Shown here: positions 39,116-49,503 of the stretch, one piece after another
How positions within the stretch are numbered: position 1 is the stretch's first letter
Layout: each line of letters opens with the position of its first letter
Source of the DNA: Vicinamibacteria bacterium
GTDB taxonomy: Bacteria; Acidobacteriota; Vicinamibacteria; Marinacidobacterales; Marinacidobacteraceae
DNA length: 64,000 nt
NCBI GenBank assembly: GCA_963422395.1
Contig: OY729431.1
Location: 96,001-160,000, forward strand
Reading direction: 5' to 3'
Position numbers and translations under genes: made by a program
Notes under the pieces: generated by a model
What the model saw: only the letters and a program-made list of their open reading frames with translations
Told to the model about the DNA's origin: nothing
The model's database searches: none

Positions 39116-40038
39116 GAGGCCTGCCGGAATTCCTGGTAGCGAAGGTCCAGGCGATCCGGGTCCGGATGGTCTGCCGCCCGTCGAGGCCGCCCGATCGACT
39201 GGCCGTGGAGCCCCTGCAGCCCGTGCCGCAGCATCGGGCCATCCTGCTCTTCCAGCAGATCGGGCCGGACCTGGATGACTCCCTTCGGAGTCACTCCCAT
39301 GAAGAACCGATCGAACGCCGCGTGGTGGATCTTGCAGAGCGCGAGCGCGTTCGGAACGATGAGGTCCCCGGTCGGGTCGCGGACGGGAACGATGCGCGCC
39401 GCATCGAGCAGCGGTTCCTGCTGCAGTCGGCAGAAGGCGCAACGGTTCCGGTAGGCATGCAGCACGCGGTGTCGGAAGACCCGCTGGTGGATGCGGACCA
39501 CGGCTCTTCGCGTGGGATAACCGCGCGCTAGCGAACGATCGGCCGCTGCCGAGGCGCCGTCGGGCGGGACCTCCGAGAGATGCTCGGCATATCGGGGGTC
39601 GTCCACGGCCACCTCGAAGGCGAGCTCGTTGGCCAGATTCCCCACGATGTACGCCGGCCAAATCGTCAGGTAGAGCCCCGGCCGGATGCCGTGGAAGTAG
39701 GCGGCCGGCTGTTCGGTCTCCATGAGCCGGCGCAGCCCCGCATTGTCGCGGTGCTCTGGGTCCGTTCCGCAATAGCGATAGCGCAGCAGACCGGTCTCGC
39801 GGTCGAAGTCGTCGGCGTACGGGTTCTTCGGAGAGGTGGTGATGGAGAGCGGCATCGCCAGCTGGCGCGGCTTCCAGATGCCCCGCTGGTTCATGAGCGG
39901 GATCCGCATTCCTCGGAACCGGAACCCGGCCCGGAGCCGCTCCCATTCCAGCTCGGGTCCGAACCGGTCGGTCTGCTCGCGAAGCCAGTTTCCCGCCGCT
40001 ACCCGGATCGCACGGTCGTCGAAGTTCGGCGAGAACAC
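39112..40038 (-). CDS. HNH endonuclease with SRA-like N-terminal region (type IV restriction-like); catalytic His appears as Arg
   Basis: GTG 40038; GIWKP..LSITTSP..PYAD..LRYRY; RIHQRVFR..VLHAY..CAFC..LLDAARIVP..NALALCKIHHAAFD. Confidence 0.85.
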   Translation of the reverse strand: MFSPNFDDRAIRVAAGNWLREQTDRFGPELEWERLRAGFRFRGMRIPLMNQRGIWKPRQLAMPLSITTSPKNPYADDFDRETGLLRYRYCGTDPEHRDNAGLRRLMETEQPAAYFHGIRPGLYLTIWPAYIVGNLANELAFEVAVDDPRYAEHLSEVPPDGASAAADRSLARGYPTRRAVVRIHQRVFRHRVLHAYRNRCAFCRLQQEPLLDAARIVPVRDPTGDLIVPNALALCKIHHAAFDRFFMGVTPKGVIQVRPDLLEEQDGPMLRHGLQGLHGQSIGRPRRAADHPDPDRLDLRYQEFRQAS

Positions 40039-40124
40039 GGAGCAGTCGGCCGCAAGAGTACTCGTCCTCCGACGGCGCCGACTGTTGGGCAGGGTCGAAC
40101 CCGTGTATCCAGCACTGAATTCCT

Positions 40125-41270
40125 TCAGTGCCTTCCGCTGCGTATCGCTGCCGCGAAGGCAGGGGTGGCGGTCTCTCCGATGGCTCCGTCGCGGTCGGCA
40201 CGCAGGAAGAGCGCTGCGAGGCCGCGCCGTCCGGCGAGTTCGAGCCCGGCCGCCGGGCCGAGGACGAACAGCGCGGTGGCCCAGGCGTCGGCCTCGAGGC
40301 AGGATCCGGCCAGCACGGTGACCGATTCCGTCCAGCGCTCCACCGGCTGACCGGTGCGGGGGTCGAGGATGTGGGTCCAGTAGCGGAGGGCGCCGCCTTC
40401 CGCGCTTCCTCCGCCCGCCCCGTTCGCGGGACTGGCGGCGCGGAAGTCTCGGTAACCGCCCGAAGTCGCCAATCCCAGATCGGCGACCCGAAAGCTTCGG
40501 TGGACCCGGCGCGCGAAAAGGATCGAGGGGGTCTCCACGCCGACAGTCCATCTGCCCCGGATGCGGATTTCGCCTCCCACTTCGACGAGGTGTTCCGAGA
40601 ATCCGAGCCTGTCGAGCGCGCGGGAGACCCGGTCCACCGCGTAGCCCTTGGCGATGCCCGAGAGGTCCAGCTCGATTCCCGGGGCCGTCCGGTGGAGGAG
40701 GGTCTGGCCGTCGGGGAGGCGTTCGAGGGATACCAGGCCGCTCCCGACCCTTGCCCGCTCCGCCGCTGCCGCCTCCGGGGTCGGCGGGGGGGCGCCCCGA
40801 TCGCCGTCCGGTCCGAAACCGAACCGCCGGAGCAGCGGGCCGACGGTTATCTCGAAGGCCCCGCCCGATTCCTCTCCGATCCGGAGCGCGGCTTCGAGGA
40901 CCCGGGCGAGCGGAGGGGAGAGCGGAACCGGTCCCGGGGCCTTCGACCGGTTCAGCCGCGAGAGCTCGGAGTCGGCCCGCCAGCTGGACATGCTGCGGTC
41001 CACCGCGTCGAGTTCCGTTTCGACCGCGCTGCGGAGGTCCGCCGGATCGCCGGGCGCGCCGCGGGTCCGCACCGTCCAGCGGGTTCCAAAAGCCTCGCCT
41101 TCGAGCGCGAGGTCCGGTTCCGGTCCGACTCCGCCGAAGCACCCCGCGAGCAGGGCCGAAAGTGCGGCCGCCGAAGAAGCCGCCAAGCCGGCGGGGAGCA
41201 GCAGCCTGGGAGCGAGGCTCCGCCGCCGGTTTCGGACACGGACCGCAGTTTCCCCGGGATGCCGGGTCAT
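40125..41270 (-). CDS. apbE: FAD:protein FMN transferase ApbE
   Basis: Lipobox LAGC, DSELSRLN, DLSGIAKGYAVD, ATSGGY, HILDPRTG, ADAWATA. Confidence 0.95.
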   Translation of the reverse strand: MTRHPGETAVRVRNRRRSLAPRLLLPAGLAASSAAALSALLAGCFGGVGPEPDLALEGEAFGTRWTVRTRGAPGDPADLRSAVETELDAVDRSMSSWRADSELSRLNRSKAPGPVPLSPPLARVLEAALRIGEESGGAFEITVGPLLRRFGFGPDGDRGAPPPTPEAAAAERARVGSGLVSLERLPDGQTLLHRTAPGIELDLSGIAKGYAVDRVSRALDRLGFSEHLVEVGGEIRIRGRWTVGVETPSILFARRVHRSFRVADLGLATSGGYRDFRAASPANGAGGGSAEGGALRYWTHILDPRTGQPVERWTESVTVLAGSCLEADAWATALFVLGPAAGLELAGRRGLAALFLRADRDGAIGETATPAFAAAIRSGRH

Positions 41271-41277
41271 GGCGCGA

Positions 41278-42507
41278 TCAGCCGAAGTCGTCGAAGGCGA
41301 TGTTCTCCGGTTCCACCCCGAGGCCGTCCAGCATGTCGAGACAGGCCTTCAGCATCATCGGCGGTCCACAGAGGTAGTACTCGGCGTCTTCGGGATTCGA
41401 GTGGGTCTTCAGGTAGTCGTCGTGGAGGACCTGGTGGATGAAGCCGGTGGGCCCCTCCCAGCGGTCCTCGGGAAGCGGCTCGGAGAGGGCGAGCCTCCAC
41501 TCGAAATTGGGATGCTCGGCGGCGATCGCGTCGAAATCTTCTTGGTAGAAGGCTTCGCGCAGGCTCCGTGCTCCGTACCAGAAGGAGACCCGGCGCTTCG
41601 TCCGCAGCCGGCGGAACTGGTCGAAGATGTGGGAGCGCATCGGCGCCATCCCCGCGCCGCCGCCCACGAAGATCATTTCGTTGCCGGTCTCCTTGGCGAA
41701 GAACTCGCCGAAGGGTCCCGAGATCGTCACCTCGTCGCCGGGTTTCAGGCTGAACAGGTAGGAGGTCATCTTGCCGGGCGGGACCTCGGGCATTCGGGGC
41801 GGCGGCGAGGCGATCCGCACATTCAGCAGGATCACTCCCCGCTCCTCGGGGTAGTTCGCCATCGAGTAGGCGCGGACGACCTCCTCGCCCTCGGCCACCG
41901 TGGAGGTGTAGCGCCACATGCCGAAGCGGTCCCAGTCGTCCCGGTATCCCGCCTCGATGTCGAAGTCCCGATAGCGCACCTCGCCGGGGGGGCACTCGAT
42001 CTGGATGTAGCCGCCCGCCCGGAAGGGGACCGCCTCTCCGGGGGGCAGTTCCAGCACCAGCTCCTTGATGAAGGTCGCCACATTGTGGTTGGAGCGGACC
42101 CGGCACTTCCATTGCCGTACCCCGAAAAGCTCGGGCGGGATCTCGATCCGCAGGTCCTGCTTCACCCGAACCTGGCAGGAGAGCCGGACTCCCTCGCGCT
42201 CCTCGCCGCGGCTCAGGTGGCTGCGCTCGGTCGGGATCACCGCGCCCCCGCCCTCGAGGACCCGCAGGGTGCAGACGCCGCAGCTCCCCTTCCCGCCGCA
42301 GGCGGAGGGAACGAAGAGCCGGTTCGCCGCCAGCGCGCCGAGCAGGGTGCCCCCCGCTGGGGTGCACAGGTCCCGCTCGGGATCGTCGTTGATCCGGATG
42401 ATGACCTCTCCGGTGGCCACGAGGCGCTTCCGCGCGTAGAGAAGGATCACCACCAGCGCCAGGATGACCCCGGAGAAGCCGGCGACGCCGAGCAGGATGG
42501 TGCTCAC
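41278..42507 (-). CDS. nqrF: Na+-NQR subunit F
   Basis: [45 protein letters not shown]. Confidence 0.97.
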   Translation of the reverse strand: MSTILLGVAGFSGVILALVVILLYARKRLVATGEVIIRINDDPERDLCTPAGGTLLGALAANRLFVPSACGGKGSCGVCTLRVLEGGGAVIPTERSHLSRGEEREGVRLSCQVRVKQDLRIEIPPELFGVRQWKCRVRSNHNVATFIKELVLELPPGEAVPFRAGGYIQIECPPGEVRYRDFDIEAGYRDDWDRFGMWRYTSTVAEGEEVVRAYSMANYPEERGVILLNVRIASPPPRMPEVPPGKMTSYLFSLKPGDEVTISGPFGEFFAKETGNEMIFVGGGAGMAPMRSHIFDQFRRLRTKRRVSFWYGARSLREAFYQEDFDAIAAEHPNFEWRLALSEPLPEDRWEGPTGFIHQVLHDDYLKTHSNPEDAEYYLCGPPMMLKACLDMLDGLGVEPENIAFDDFG

Positions 42508-42516
42508 GCGCGGGCC

Positions 42517-43134
42517 CTACAGCTGGATGCCGCCGAAAGCCATGAAGCCGATCGCCATCAGCCCGGTGAGCAGGAAGGTGATGCCGAGCCCCCGCAATCC
42601 GGCCGGGATTCGGTGGTAGCGGAGCCGCTCGCGGATGCCGGCGAGCGCGGCGATGGCGAGCGCCCAGCCGAGCCCGGAGCCGAAGCCGAACACCGCCGAC
42701 TCGGAGAGGCTGAGTCCGCGCTCCACCATCAGCAGCGAGGCGCCGAGGATGGCGCAGTTCACTGCGATGAGCGGCAAGAACACCCCGAGGGCGGCATGGA
42801 GGCCCGGGAAGTAGCGATCCAGCGCCATCTCCACCACCTGTACGGTGGCCGCGATCGTGCCGATGAAGGTCAGAAAACGGAGGAACGAAAGATCCTGCCC
42901 GGCGAGTGCGGCGTGCGCCCAGCCGAGCGCCCCCGGGCGGAGCAGAAAGTCGTTGATCGCGTGGTTCAGCGGAACGGTCACCGAGAGCACGAAGATCACC
43001 GCCGCCCCGAGCCCGATGGCGGTGCTCACCCGCTTCGACACCGCGAGGAAGGAGCACATCCCGAGGAAGAAGGTGAGCGCCATGTTCTCGACGAAAATCG
43101 CCCGGACGGCGAGGTTCAGATAGTTCTCGAACAT
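42517..43134 (-). CDS. nqrE: Na+-NQR subunit E
   Basis: [23 protein letters not shown]. Confidence 0.96.
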   Translation of the reverse strand: MFENYLNLAVRAIFVENMALTFFLGMCSFLAVSKRVSTAIGLGAAVIFVLSVTVPLNHAINDFLLRPGALGWAHAALAGQDLSFLRFLTFIGTIAATVQVVEMALDRYFPGLHAALGVFLPLIAVNCAILGASLLMVERGLSLSESAVFGFGSGLGWALAIAALAGIRERLRYHRIPAGLRGLGITFLLTGLMAIGFMAFGGIQL

Positions 43135-43760
43135 CAGTCCGCCTCGTTCTGTTCGGGACGGAAGGTCCGCAGGATCCAGATCAGGAAGCCGATGACGAAG
43201 AAGGCTCCCGGCGAGAGGCTCATCAGCCCGTTCGGGGTGAACCAGCCGCCCTCGGAGGCCAGCGGCAGCACCGGAATGCCCCAGAACTCGCCGGCGCCGA
43301 GGATCTCGCGGACGGCGCCGGTGACCAGCAGGAGCGCCGCGTAGCCCAGCCCGTTCCCGATCCCGTCGAGCAGGCTGCGGAGCGGCGGGTTCTGCATCGC
43401 GAACGCCTCCGCCCGGCCCATGATGATGCAGTTCGTGATGATGAGACCCACGAAGACGCTGAGCTGCCTCGAGATCTCATAGACGTACGCTTTGAGGATC
43501 TGGTCGGTGACGATGACCAGCGAAGCGATGATCGTGAGCTGGACGATGATGCGGATGCTCGTCGGAATCCGGTTTCGCAGCAGGCTGACCGACAGGTTGG
43601 AGAGCGCGGTCACCGCCACCACCGCGGCGCTCATCACCACCGAGGTCTGCATTCCGGTGGTCACCGCGAGTGCCGAACAGATGCCGAGCACCTGGAGCGC
43701 GATCGGGTTGTTGTGAATCAGCGGGTCCATCAGGACCCGCCGCGCCCGCGCCTCAGCCAC
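43134..43760 (-). CDS. nqrD: Na+-NQR subunit D
   Basis: [34 protein letters not shown]. Confidence 0.96.
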   Translation of the reverse strand: MAEARARRVLMDPLIHNNPIALQVLGICSALAVTTGMQTSVVMSAAVVAVTALSNLSVSLLRNRIPTSIRIIVQLTIIASLVIVTDQILKAYVYEISRQLSVFVGLIITNCIIMGRAEAFAMQNPPLRSLLDGIGNGLGYAALLLVTGAVREILGAGEFWGIPVLPLASEGGWFTPNGLMSLSPGAFFVIGFLIWILRTFRPEQNEAD

Positions 43761-44538
43761 CCGTCCTCGCCCGTCCTTCGCCGAGCCGCTCCAGCAGGGG
43801 GCCGAAGCCGTTCTCGGCGAGCCAGAAGCGGAGGAGGTTCGTCACTCCTCGGCTGGTCATGGTGGCCCCGGAGAGCCCGTCCACCCGGTGCGGATCCTCG
43901 CCGGGCGGGCCGGCGGCGGCGCGCGCGACCTCGATCACCGGCTCCCGCGAGCCGCTTCGGAACACCCGCCGTCCCGGCCAGAGCGCCTTCCACGCCGGGT
44001 TATCCACTTCGCCGCCGAGGCCCGGGGTCTCCTTGTGCTCGTAGAAGGTGAGCCCCCGTACCGTGTCGAGGTCTGCCTCGAGCGCGAGGAAGCCGTGGAG
44101 GACCGACCAGAGCCCCTGCCCCCGGACCGGGAGCACCACCGCGTCGAGCTCGTCTGCTGCTTCCACCAGATAGACCACGGAGCGTTTTTCCACCCGCCGC
44201 ACCCGTGCCGGGTTCTCCTCCACCGGACGCGAGCTGTCGGGGATTCCCGCTTCCACGAGTGGATGCACGCTCGCGGGGTCCACTTCCGGGAGTTCGGCGC
44301 CGGTCGAAAGATCCACCACGACCGCGCGCACCCCGGAGAAGCGCTCCGTCATCGCCGCCTCGGAGAGATCCTCCCCCGGTTCGGCGAGCCCGGCAGCGAA
44401 AAGGACATTCCGCCGCCGCTCCCGCTCGGCGTTCTGCTCCTGGAGGGAGCGGAGAGCCACCGCCGACCCCGAGACCAGCACCGCACAGACGAGGCAGACG
44501 AGCGCCGCGAAACCCAGGATGTATCGGGCAGTGTTCAC
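43753..44538 (-). CDS. nqrC: Na+-NQR subunit C
   Basis: GTG 44538; [18 protein letters not shown] site [10 protein letters not shown]. Confidence 0.95.
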   Translation of the reverse strand: MNTARYILGFAALVCLVCAVLVSGSAVALRSLQEQNAERERRRNVLFAAGLAEPGEDLSEAAMTERFSGVRAVVVDLSTGAELPEVDPASVHPLVEAGIPDSSRPVEENPARVRRVEKRSVVYLVEAADELDAVVLPVRGQGLWSVLHGFLALEADLDTVRGLTFYEHKETPGLGGEVDNPAWKALWPGRRVFRSGSREPVIEVARAAAGPPGEDPHRVDGLSGATMTSRGVTNLLRFWLAENGFGPLLERLGEGRARTGG

Positions 44539-44649
44539 GAAAGGGCGGGGAATTCTAGTGCTCCCCCGCGAAGCCCGGCGCTGCGGCCCGGCCGGCTGCC
44601 GACCCTTTTCCCGCGTTCCGATTCTCGCCGGCCTTTTGGAGATCCGTAA

Positions 44650-44679
44650 AGTAAGGCAAATGATATTATAGTAAGGCAA
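44650..44679 (+). promoter_or_regulatory. Probable TA promoter/operator
   Basis: AGTAAGGCAA direct repeats at 44650 and 44670 flanking TGATATTAT (extended -10-like), just upstream of the antitoxin ATG. Confidence 0.65.
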
Positions 44680-44692
44680 TCAGAAGATCGAC

Positions 44693-44926
44693 ATGATCGA
44701 ATCCACGATTACGGCGCGCGGACAGACGACGGTGCCGAAGCCGGTGCGGAATGCTCTGGGTCTGGGACCGGGAGACCGCATCCGATACGCCATCGAAGAC
44801 GGGGTGGTCCGCATCCGTCCGCTGCGGTCCATCGAGAGCTTGCGCGGCATCGTGAAGCGTCGGGGCGCCGCCGTGTCGCTCGATGCCATGGACCGCGCCA
44901 TCGCCGAGTCCGCCGCCGAGTCTTGA
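44693..44926 (+). CDS. AbrB/MazE/SpoVT-family antitoxin
   Basis: STITARGQTTVPKPVRNALGLGPGDRI. Confidence 0.9.
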   Translation: MIESTITARGQTTVPKPVRNALGLGPGDRIRYAIEDGVVRIRPLRSIESLRGIVKRRGAAVSLDAMDRAIAESAAES

Positions 44927-45336
44927 TCGCACTCGACACGAATGTTCTCGTCCGCTACCTGACCGGCGACGAACCAGAGCAGGCGGCGGCCGCTGGCGTC
45001 CTGCTCGCCGGTCTCGACGATCGGGAGCCGGGGTTCGTTCCCCGCGAAGTGACGGTCGAGCTCGTCTGGGTTTTGAGCCGTAGCTACCACCTCGGGCGCG
45101 AACCGATCGCGGAGGTTCTCGAGAAGCTGCTGGCCACCCGCGGCCTCGTCTTGGAGAACGCCGCGGATGTGGGCCGCGCCGCGGCGGCCTACCGGCGGGG
45201 AGGCCCCGAGTTTGCGGACTGGATGATCCTGCTCGCTGCCGAGCGCGAAGGCGCCCTCCCGTTGTTCACCTTCGACCGGCGGGTCGCTCTGCTGCCCGGC
45301 GCGTCCCTGGTCTCTGCCCCGAGGGATTCCTGTTAG
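44923..45336 (+). CDS. vapC: PIN-domain (VapC) toxin
   Basis: MIALDTNVLVRYL, E..WVL, FADWMI, FTFDR; 4-nt overlap with the antitoxin. Confidence 0.9.
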   Translation: MIALDTNVLVRYLTGDEPEQAAAAGVLLAGLDDREPGFVPREVTVELVWVLSRSYHLGREPIAEVLEKLLATRGLVLENAADVGRAAAAYRRGGPEFADWMILLAAEREGALPLFTFDRRVALLPGASLVSAPRDSC

Positions 45337-45412
45337 CAGCCTCCGCGCGCTCCCCCACCGGGAGAACAGGACCGCTCTTGGGGCTCGCACCACTTTATCC
45401 ACAGGCGGCGAG
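45333..45412. mobile_element. MITE copy 5, internally deleted (72 bp; TTAG/CGAG)
   Basis: TTAG-CAGCCT...CCCCCACCGGGAGAAC...GGGCTCGCACCACTTTATCCACAGGCGG-CGAG; left TTAG contains the vapC stop. Confidence 0.8.
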
Positions 45413-45435
45413 CAGTTTCCGTCCGCCGCCGCTGG

Positions 45436-46698
45436 TTACCTGCCGGGGGCGGCGGCCGCGATCCGGGAGGCGCGGAGTCTTCGGCGCCGCAGGTTCGCCC
45501 GCAGCGCGAAGTGGTCCAGGAGCGGGGCGAACACATTCATCAGCAGGATCGAGAGCATCATCCCCTCGGGGTAGGCGGGGTTCACCACTCGGATCAGCAC
45601 CACCAGCACCCCGATGAGGAACCCATACCCCATGCGGGCGCCGTTCGTCGACGGCGCGGTCACCGGTTCGGTGGCCATGAAGACGGCCCCGAAGGCCCAG
45701 CCCCCCAGCAGGTAGTGCCACCAGAAGGGCACGGCGAAGAAGGGGTTGGTGTCCGAGCCGAGGAGGTTGAGGCCGAGAGCCATCACCAGCGTTCCCGCTG
45801 CTGCCGCCAGCATGATGCGGAGCGAGCCGATCCCGGTGGCCACCAGCACCACCGCCCCGAAGAGGCAGGCGAGCACCGAGGTCTCCCCCATCGAGCCGGG
45901 GACCAGGCCGAGGAAGGCGTCCCAGGCCGAAACCGGTGCCCCGCTCGCCGGGTGGAAGGGCTCGGCGAGCGCCTCCGGTCCGGCGAGGCTCAGCCGCGCC
46001 AGCCAGGTGGCCCCGCTCACCGCGTCGGGGCTCGTGTCGGCGGCGATCCAGATGCGGTCCCCGCTCATTTCCGCCGGGTAGGCGAAGAACAGGAAGGCGC
46101 GGGCGGTGAGCGCCGGATTCAGGATGTTGAAGCCGCTTCCGCCGAAGATCTCCTTGCCGACCACCACCCCGAAGCTGATCCCGAGTGCTACCTGCCACAG
46201 CGGAACCGTCGGCGGCAGGATCAGCGGGAAGAGCATCCCGGTCACCAGGAAGCCCTCGCTGACCTCGTGGCGGCGGACTACCGCGAACAGCATCTCCCAG
46301 GCGCCGCCCACTGCGAAGGTGACGATCAGCACCGGCAGGTACCAGAGGCCGCCGTGGACCACTGCGGCGAGCACGCTTTCGGGCGAGAAGCCGACGCCCA
46401 GGGCCTCGAGAAGCGCGCTCCGCCAGCCGGGGAGCGGCGCCGCGCCGTGGGAGATCGCCAGGTTCGACTGCAGCCCGGTGTTGTAGAACGCCATCGCCAC
46501 CGTTCCGGCGAGTGCGGCGACGACGACGAACATCAGCCGCTTCATGTCGAGGCGGTCGCGGGCGTGCGCCGGCCCGGCGGTGGTCTTGCCCGGGGTGTAG
46601 AGAAAGGTGTCCGGTGCGTCCCAGAGCGGCCACAGGCGTTCGAGTCGGCCGCCCGGTCCGAAAGGGGCCCCCAGGCGGTCGAGCAGCGGGCGGAGCAC
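45436..46698 (-). CDS. nqrB: Na+-NQR subunit B
   Basis: DMKRLM, KEIFGGSGFNILNPAL, DAVSGAT, FMATEPV, YPEG. Confidence 0.96.
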   Translation of the reverse strand: MLRPLLDRLGAPFGPGGRLERLWPLWDAPDTFLYTPGKTTAGPAHARDRLDMKRLMFVVVAALAGTVAMAFYNTGLQSNLAISHGAAPLPGWRSALLEALGVGFSPESVLAAVVHGGLWYLPVLIVTFAVGGAWEMLFAVVRRHEVSEGFLVTGMLFPLILPPTVPLWQVALGISFGVVVGKEIFGGSGFNILNPALTARAFLFFAYPAEMSGDRIWIAADTSPDAVSGATWLARLSLAGPEALAEPFHPASGAPVSAWDAFLGLVPGSMGETSVLACLFGAVVLVATGIGSLRIMLAAAAGTLVMALGLNLLGSDTNPFFAVPFWWHYLLGGWAFGAVFMATEPVTAPSTNGARMGYGFLIGVLVVLIRVVNPAYPEGMMLSILLMNVFAPLLDHFALRANLRRRRLRASRIAAAAPGR

Positions 46699-46704
46699 CG
46701 GGCG

Positions 46705-48117
46705 TTACCCCGCTTTCTCGAGGTCGTCGAGCACTCGCCGGAGTGCGGGGGCGTAGTCGTTCTTGGCCGGACAGACGAAAGTGAGGAGGCCGAGGTCTTC
46801 CTCGACGAGTTCGAGGGCGCCGAGCTCCTCCGCCCGCTCGAGGTCCTCCATGAGCAGCGCGCGGAGCAGCATCACCGGAGGGATGTCGAAGGCCATCACC
46901 CGCTCGTAGGCGGCAGTGGGCACGATCGCCCGCCGCGATCCGTTCGCGTTCGTGGTGAGTCGAAACGGGCGGCGGGGCAGCATCGCCGAAAGGAAGGCGC
47001 GGCTCGCCGAGAGAACGGCCGTTCCCGGTGCGAGCCAGCCGAGCAGCCGTCGGCGCCGATCCTCCTCGAGCACCGTTACCTGCCGGTGGTAGCGGCCCAG
47101 GTAGCCCCGCTCTTCCCCGGCGGCGGTCCGGCCGGAAAGGAGCGATCCCGAGAGGACCCGTAACTCGGCGACGGCGCTCCCTGGAGGATCGGCGGGCGAA
47201 TCGGCGGTGAGGCCGGGGGCGGCGAGCTCTTCGGCGGCGGCGCCCAGCGGCACTCTGAAGAGCCCTGGCCGCCGGACCGGGGGCCCGCCGAGCGAGACGG
47301 TCCGGAACGGGTCTCCGGCGCCGGTTCGGAAAAGCCTGCCGATGGAAGCGAGGTCCTGGGCGTCGAGGTGCCACGCCTCCTGGCCGCGTTCCACGGGAGC
47401 GAGCCGATGGATGTGGAGCCCGGCGGTCCCGGCGGGGTGCGGCCCGGAGAACTCCTCGTGGCGCACCTGTCCTCCCGCCGCCGCCGGGAGCCTCCGACCG
47501 GGGCGCGAGCAGATGAAGACCGGGCCTGCGGTGAGACGGGAGACGGCGGCGAGTCCCCAGCCGAGGTCGGTTGCACGCCCGGCCACCGCCGCCACCGGGT
47601 CGGGCGCGAGCGGCGCGGTGTCGGCGGCGGTGACGAAGATGGCCTGGGGGCGGCGTTCCGGGTGCGCCACTCGGCCGAAGGGTCGGGTGCGGATGGCGGT
47701 CCATTCGCCGGATTCGAGCAGGAGGTCCCGCACGGCGTCGTCGGCGAGCCCCTCGGGGTGGCGGCCCGTCCAGGCTCCCGGAGCGCGTCCCGATCCGGTC
47801 TGCCCGGCTCGCTCTCCGGCGCTCGGTTCGATGACGAGCGACACGAAGGCGCGCCGCTCCCCCCGGTGCACTGCGGCGACCCGCCCATCGAGCGGGGCGG
47901 TGAATCGAACGCCGGCGGCCTTCTTGTCCTCGAACAGAACCGACCCGCGCGAAACCGAATCGCCGGCCTGGACCCGCATCGTGGGCCGCATCCCCGGATA
48001 GTCGGCGCCGAGGAGGGCGATCCGGGACGGGATCCGGAGCTCCGCCGCCCGCCCGTCTTGCAGGGGTGCCCCCGCCAAGGGGATGTCGAACCCGCGCCGA
48101 ACGAAGTGGAGGCTCAA
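46705..48117 (-). CDS. nqrA: Na+-NQR subunit A
   Basis: GFDIPLAGAP, LFEDKK, GPHPAG, LELVEEDLGLLTFVCPAK. Confidence 0.95.
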   Translation of the reverse strand: MSLHFVRRGFDIPLAGAPLQDGRAAELRIPSRIALLGADYPGMRPTMRVQAGDSVSRGSVLFEDKKAAGVRFTAPLDGRVAAVHRGERRAFVSLVIEPSAGERAGQTGSGRAPGAWTGRHPEGLADDAVRDLLLESGEWTAIRTRPFGRVAHPERRPQAIFVTAADTAPLAPDPVAAVAGRATDLGWGLAAVSRLTAGPVFICSRPGRRLPAAAGGQVRHEEFSGPHPAGTAGLHIHRLAPVERGQEAWHLDAQDLASIGRLFRTGAGDPFRTVSLGGPPVRRPGLFRVPLGAAAEELAAPGLTADSPADPPGSAVAELRVLSGSLLSGRTAAGEERGYLGRYHRQVTVLEEDRRRRLLGWLAPGTAVLSASRAFLSAMLPRRPFRLTTNANGSRRAIVPTAAYERVMAFDIPPVMLLRALLMEDLERAEELGALELVEEDLGLLTFVCPAKNDYAPALRRVLDDLEKAG

Positions 48118-48356
48118 CGGAACGAAATGTTCGGGAATAGATGGGGACCAGCGAACCGCGGGCGAACAGCAGGCGTCTGGATCAGGCCGGAGCCGCGCAT
48201 CATCCGTCCTTCAGGGGATTTCGGAAATGTTCGCACACCAACCCCTTCGAACCCGCCTCTGAGCCTCCGTGAACGGTGGAGCATGAGGACTCTCCCGAGC
48301 CCGTGCTTTCCCGAATCTCACTTCGGGTGGTCGAGCAGTGATCCTGGTAGGCGGGG

Positions 48357-49490
48357 TCATGACGAGCCATCCTGATAATCCGATCGGGCCTCGGCGATCT
48401 CGATGAGCTTCGGGAAATACAGGATCGCAGGGCGGCGGCCTCGCTGCGGCCGGAGCTCCCGGAGCATTCCACGAATCCTGAGAACCCGCAGGATGCGCAG
48501 CGCTGTCGACTTCGGGATTCCGGACCTGGTGGAAAAATCCGAAGTCCGAAATACGGGATGACGGAAGATGGAGTCCAGAGCCCGCACGCCATGTTGCGAC
48601 CGGGTGACCGTGGCGATCCAGACCTTTCGCTCGCTGTAGAGCGCCAGAATCCGTCTCACCTTCTCCATGTTCGCAACGGCCTGTTTCTCGATCGCGGTCA
48701 GGAAGAACCGCAGCCAGGAGGCCCAGTCTGCGCCGCTCTGAGCGGCGAGCAGATTTCGGTAGTAGGAGTCGCGATGCCGTTCGAGGTACTCGCTCAGATA
48801 GAAGTCGGGCCGTTGCAACAGCCCCTTCGACACCAGGAAGAGCGGGATCATCAGGCGCCCCAGACGACCGTTGCCGTCGAGGAAGGGGTGGATCGCCTCG
48901 AACCAGGCGTGGACGACGGCGAGCTGTGCCAGCGCGTCTGGCGTTTCTTCGTGGAGATAGCGCTCCCAGGCGGTCATCGCGCCGCCGATATCCAGAACCG
49001 GGCAGGTCAGCAGCCTCGCGCTCGCAGGTGTGGAATTCGGCGGTCCGATCCAGTTCTCGACCCGGCGGTACTCGCCGGGGTCGGAAATCTCCCCTCGGAC
49101 GCCGCGCATCAGAGCCGCGTGGCCCGCGCGAATCACCCGCTGGGACAGCGGCAGCTGCTCCATCCGTCGAATCGCCTCATCGATCGCAAGGTGGTAGTTG
49201 AGGACTTCCCGGGTGTTTCCTCGTTCTCGGACGGTGTCGTTTCTCGCCTCGCTGTCGGCATCGAGCGCGAGGACTTCGCTGAGGGAAGACTGCATTCCCT
49301 CGATACGGCTGGAGAGCACTGCTTCCTGTGCCGACAGGGGCGACAGCAGAATGTCGGGGTTCGGCACACCGAACAGCATGCCTTCGTAGCTGGCGATCGC
49401 TCGTTGGGCGCGGCTGATGAACGGCAGCAACGCTTTCCAGTCGAGCGATTTCGGTGGAAACCGATCCGGACGGTAGCGGGGTGGACTCAT
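48357..49490 (-). CDS. Fic family protein (class II-like, C-terminal HTH); start 49490 or 49514
   Basis: HPFLDGNGRLGR; N-terminal inhibitory SSRIEG; C-terminal HTH-like segment. Confidence 0.92.
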   Translation of the reverse strand: MSPPRYRPDRFPPKSLDWKALLPFISRAQRAIASYEGMLFGVPNPDILLSPLSAQEAVLSSRIEGMQSSLSEVLALDADSEARNDTVRERGNTREVLNYHLAIDEAIRRMEQLPLSQRVIRAGHAALMRGVRGEISDPGEYRRVENWIGPPNSTPASARLLTCPVLDIGGAMTAWERYLHEETPDALAQLAVVHAWFEAIHPFLDGNGRLGRLMIPLFLVSKGLLQRPDFYLSEYLERHRDSYYRNLLAAQSGADWASWLRFFLTAIEKQAVANMEKVRRILALYSERKVWIATVTRSQHGVRALDSIFRHPVFRTSDFSTRSGIPKSTALRILRVLRIRGMLRELRPQRGRRPAILYFPKLIEIAEARSDYQDGSS

Positions 49491-49503
49491 CGCGGGCCGA
49501 AGA

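Noticed and set aside
40039-41142. 676-aa ORF fusing a long N-terminus to the HNH nuclease
   Set aside because: The N-terminal part is an alternative frame of apbE; the protein-like sequence starts at GTG 40038
40648-43344. Long antisense ORFs (898 aa here; similar ones opposite gyrB, gyrA and the ABC genes)
   Set aside because: Mirror frames of well-supported genes, as expected from GC-rich codon usage
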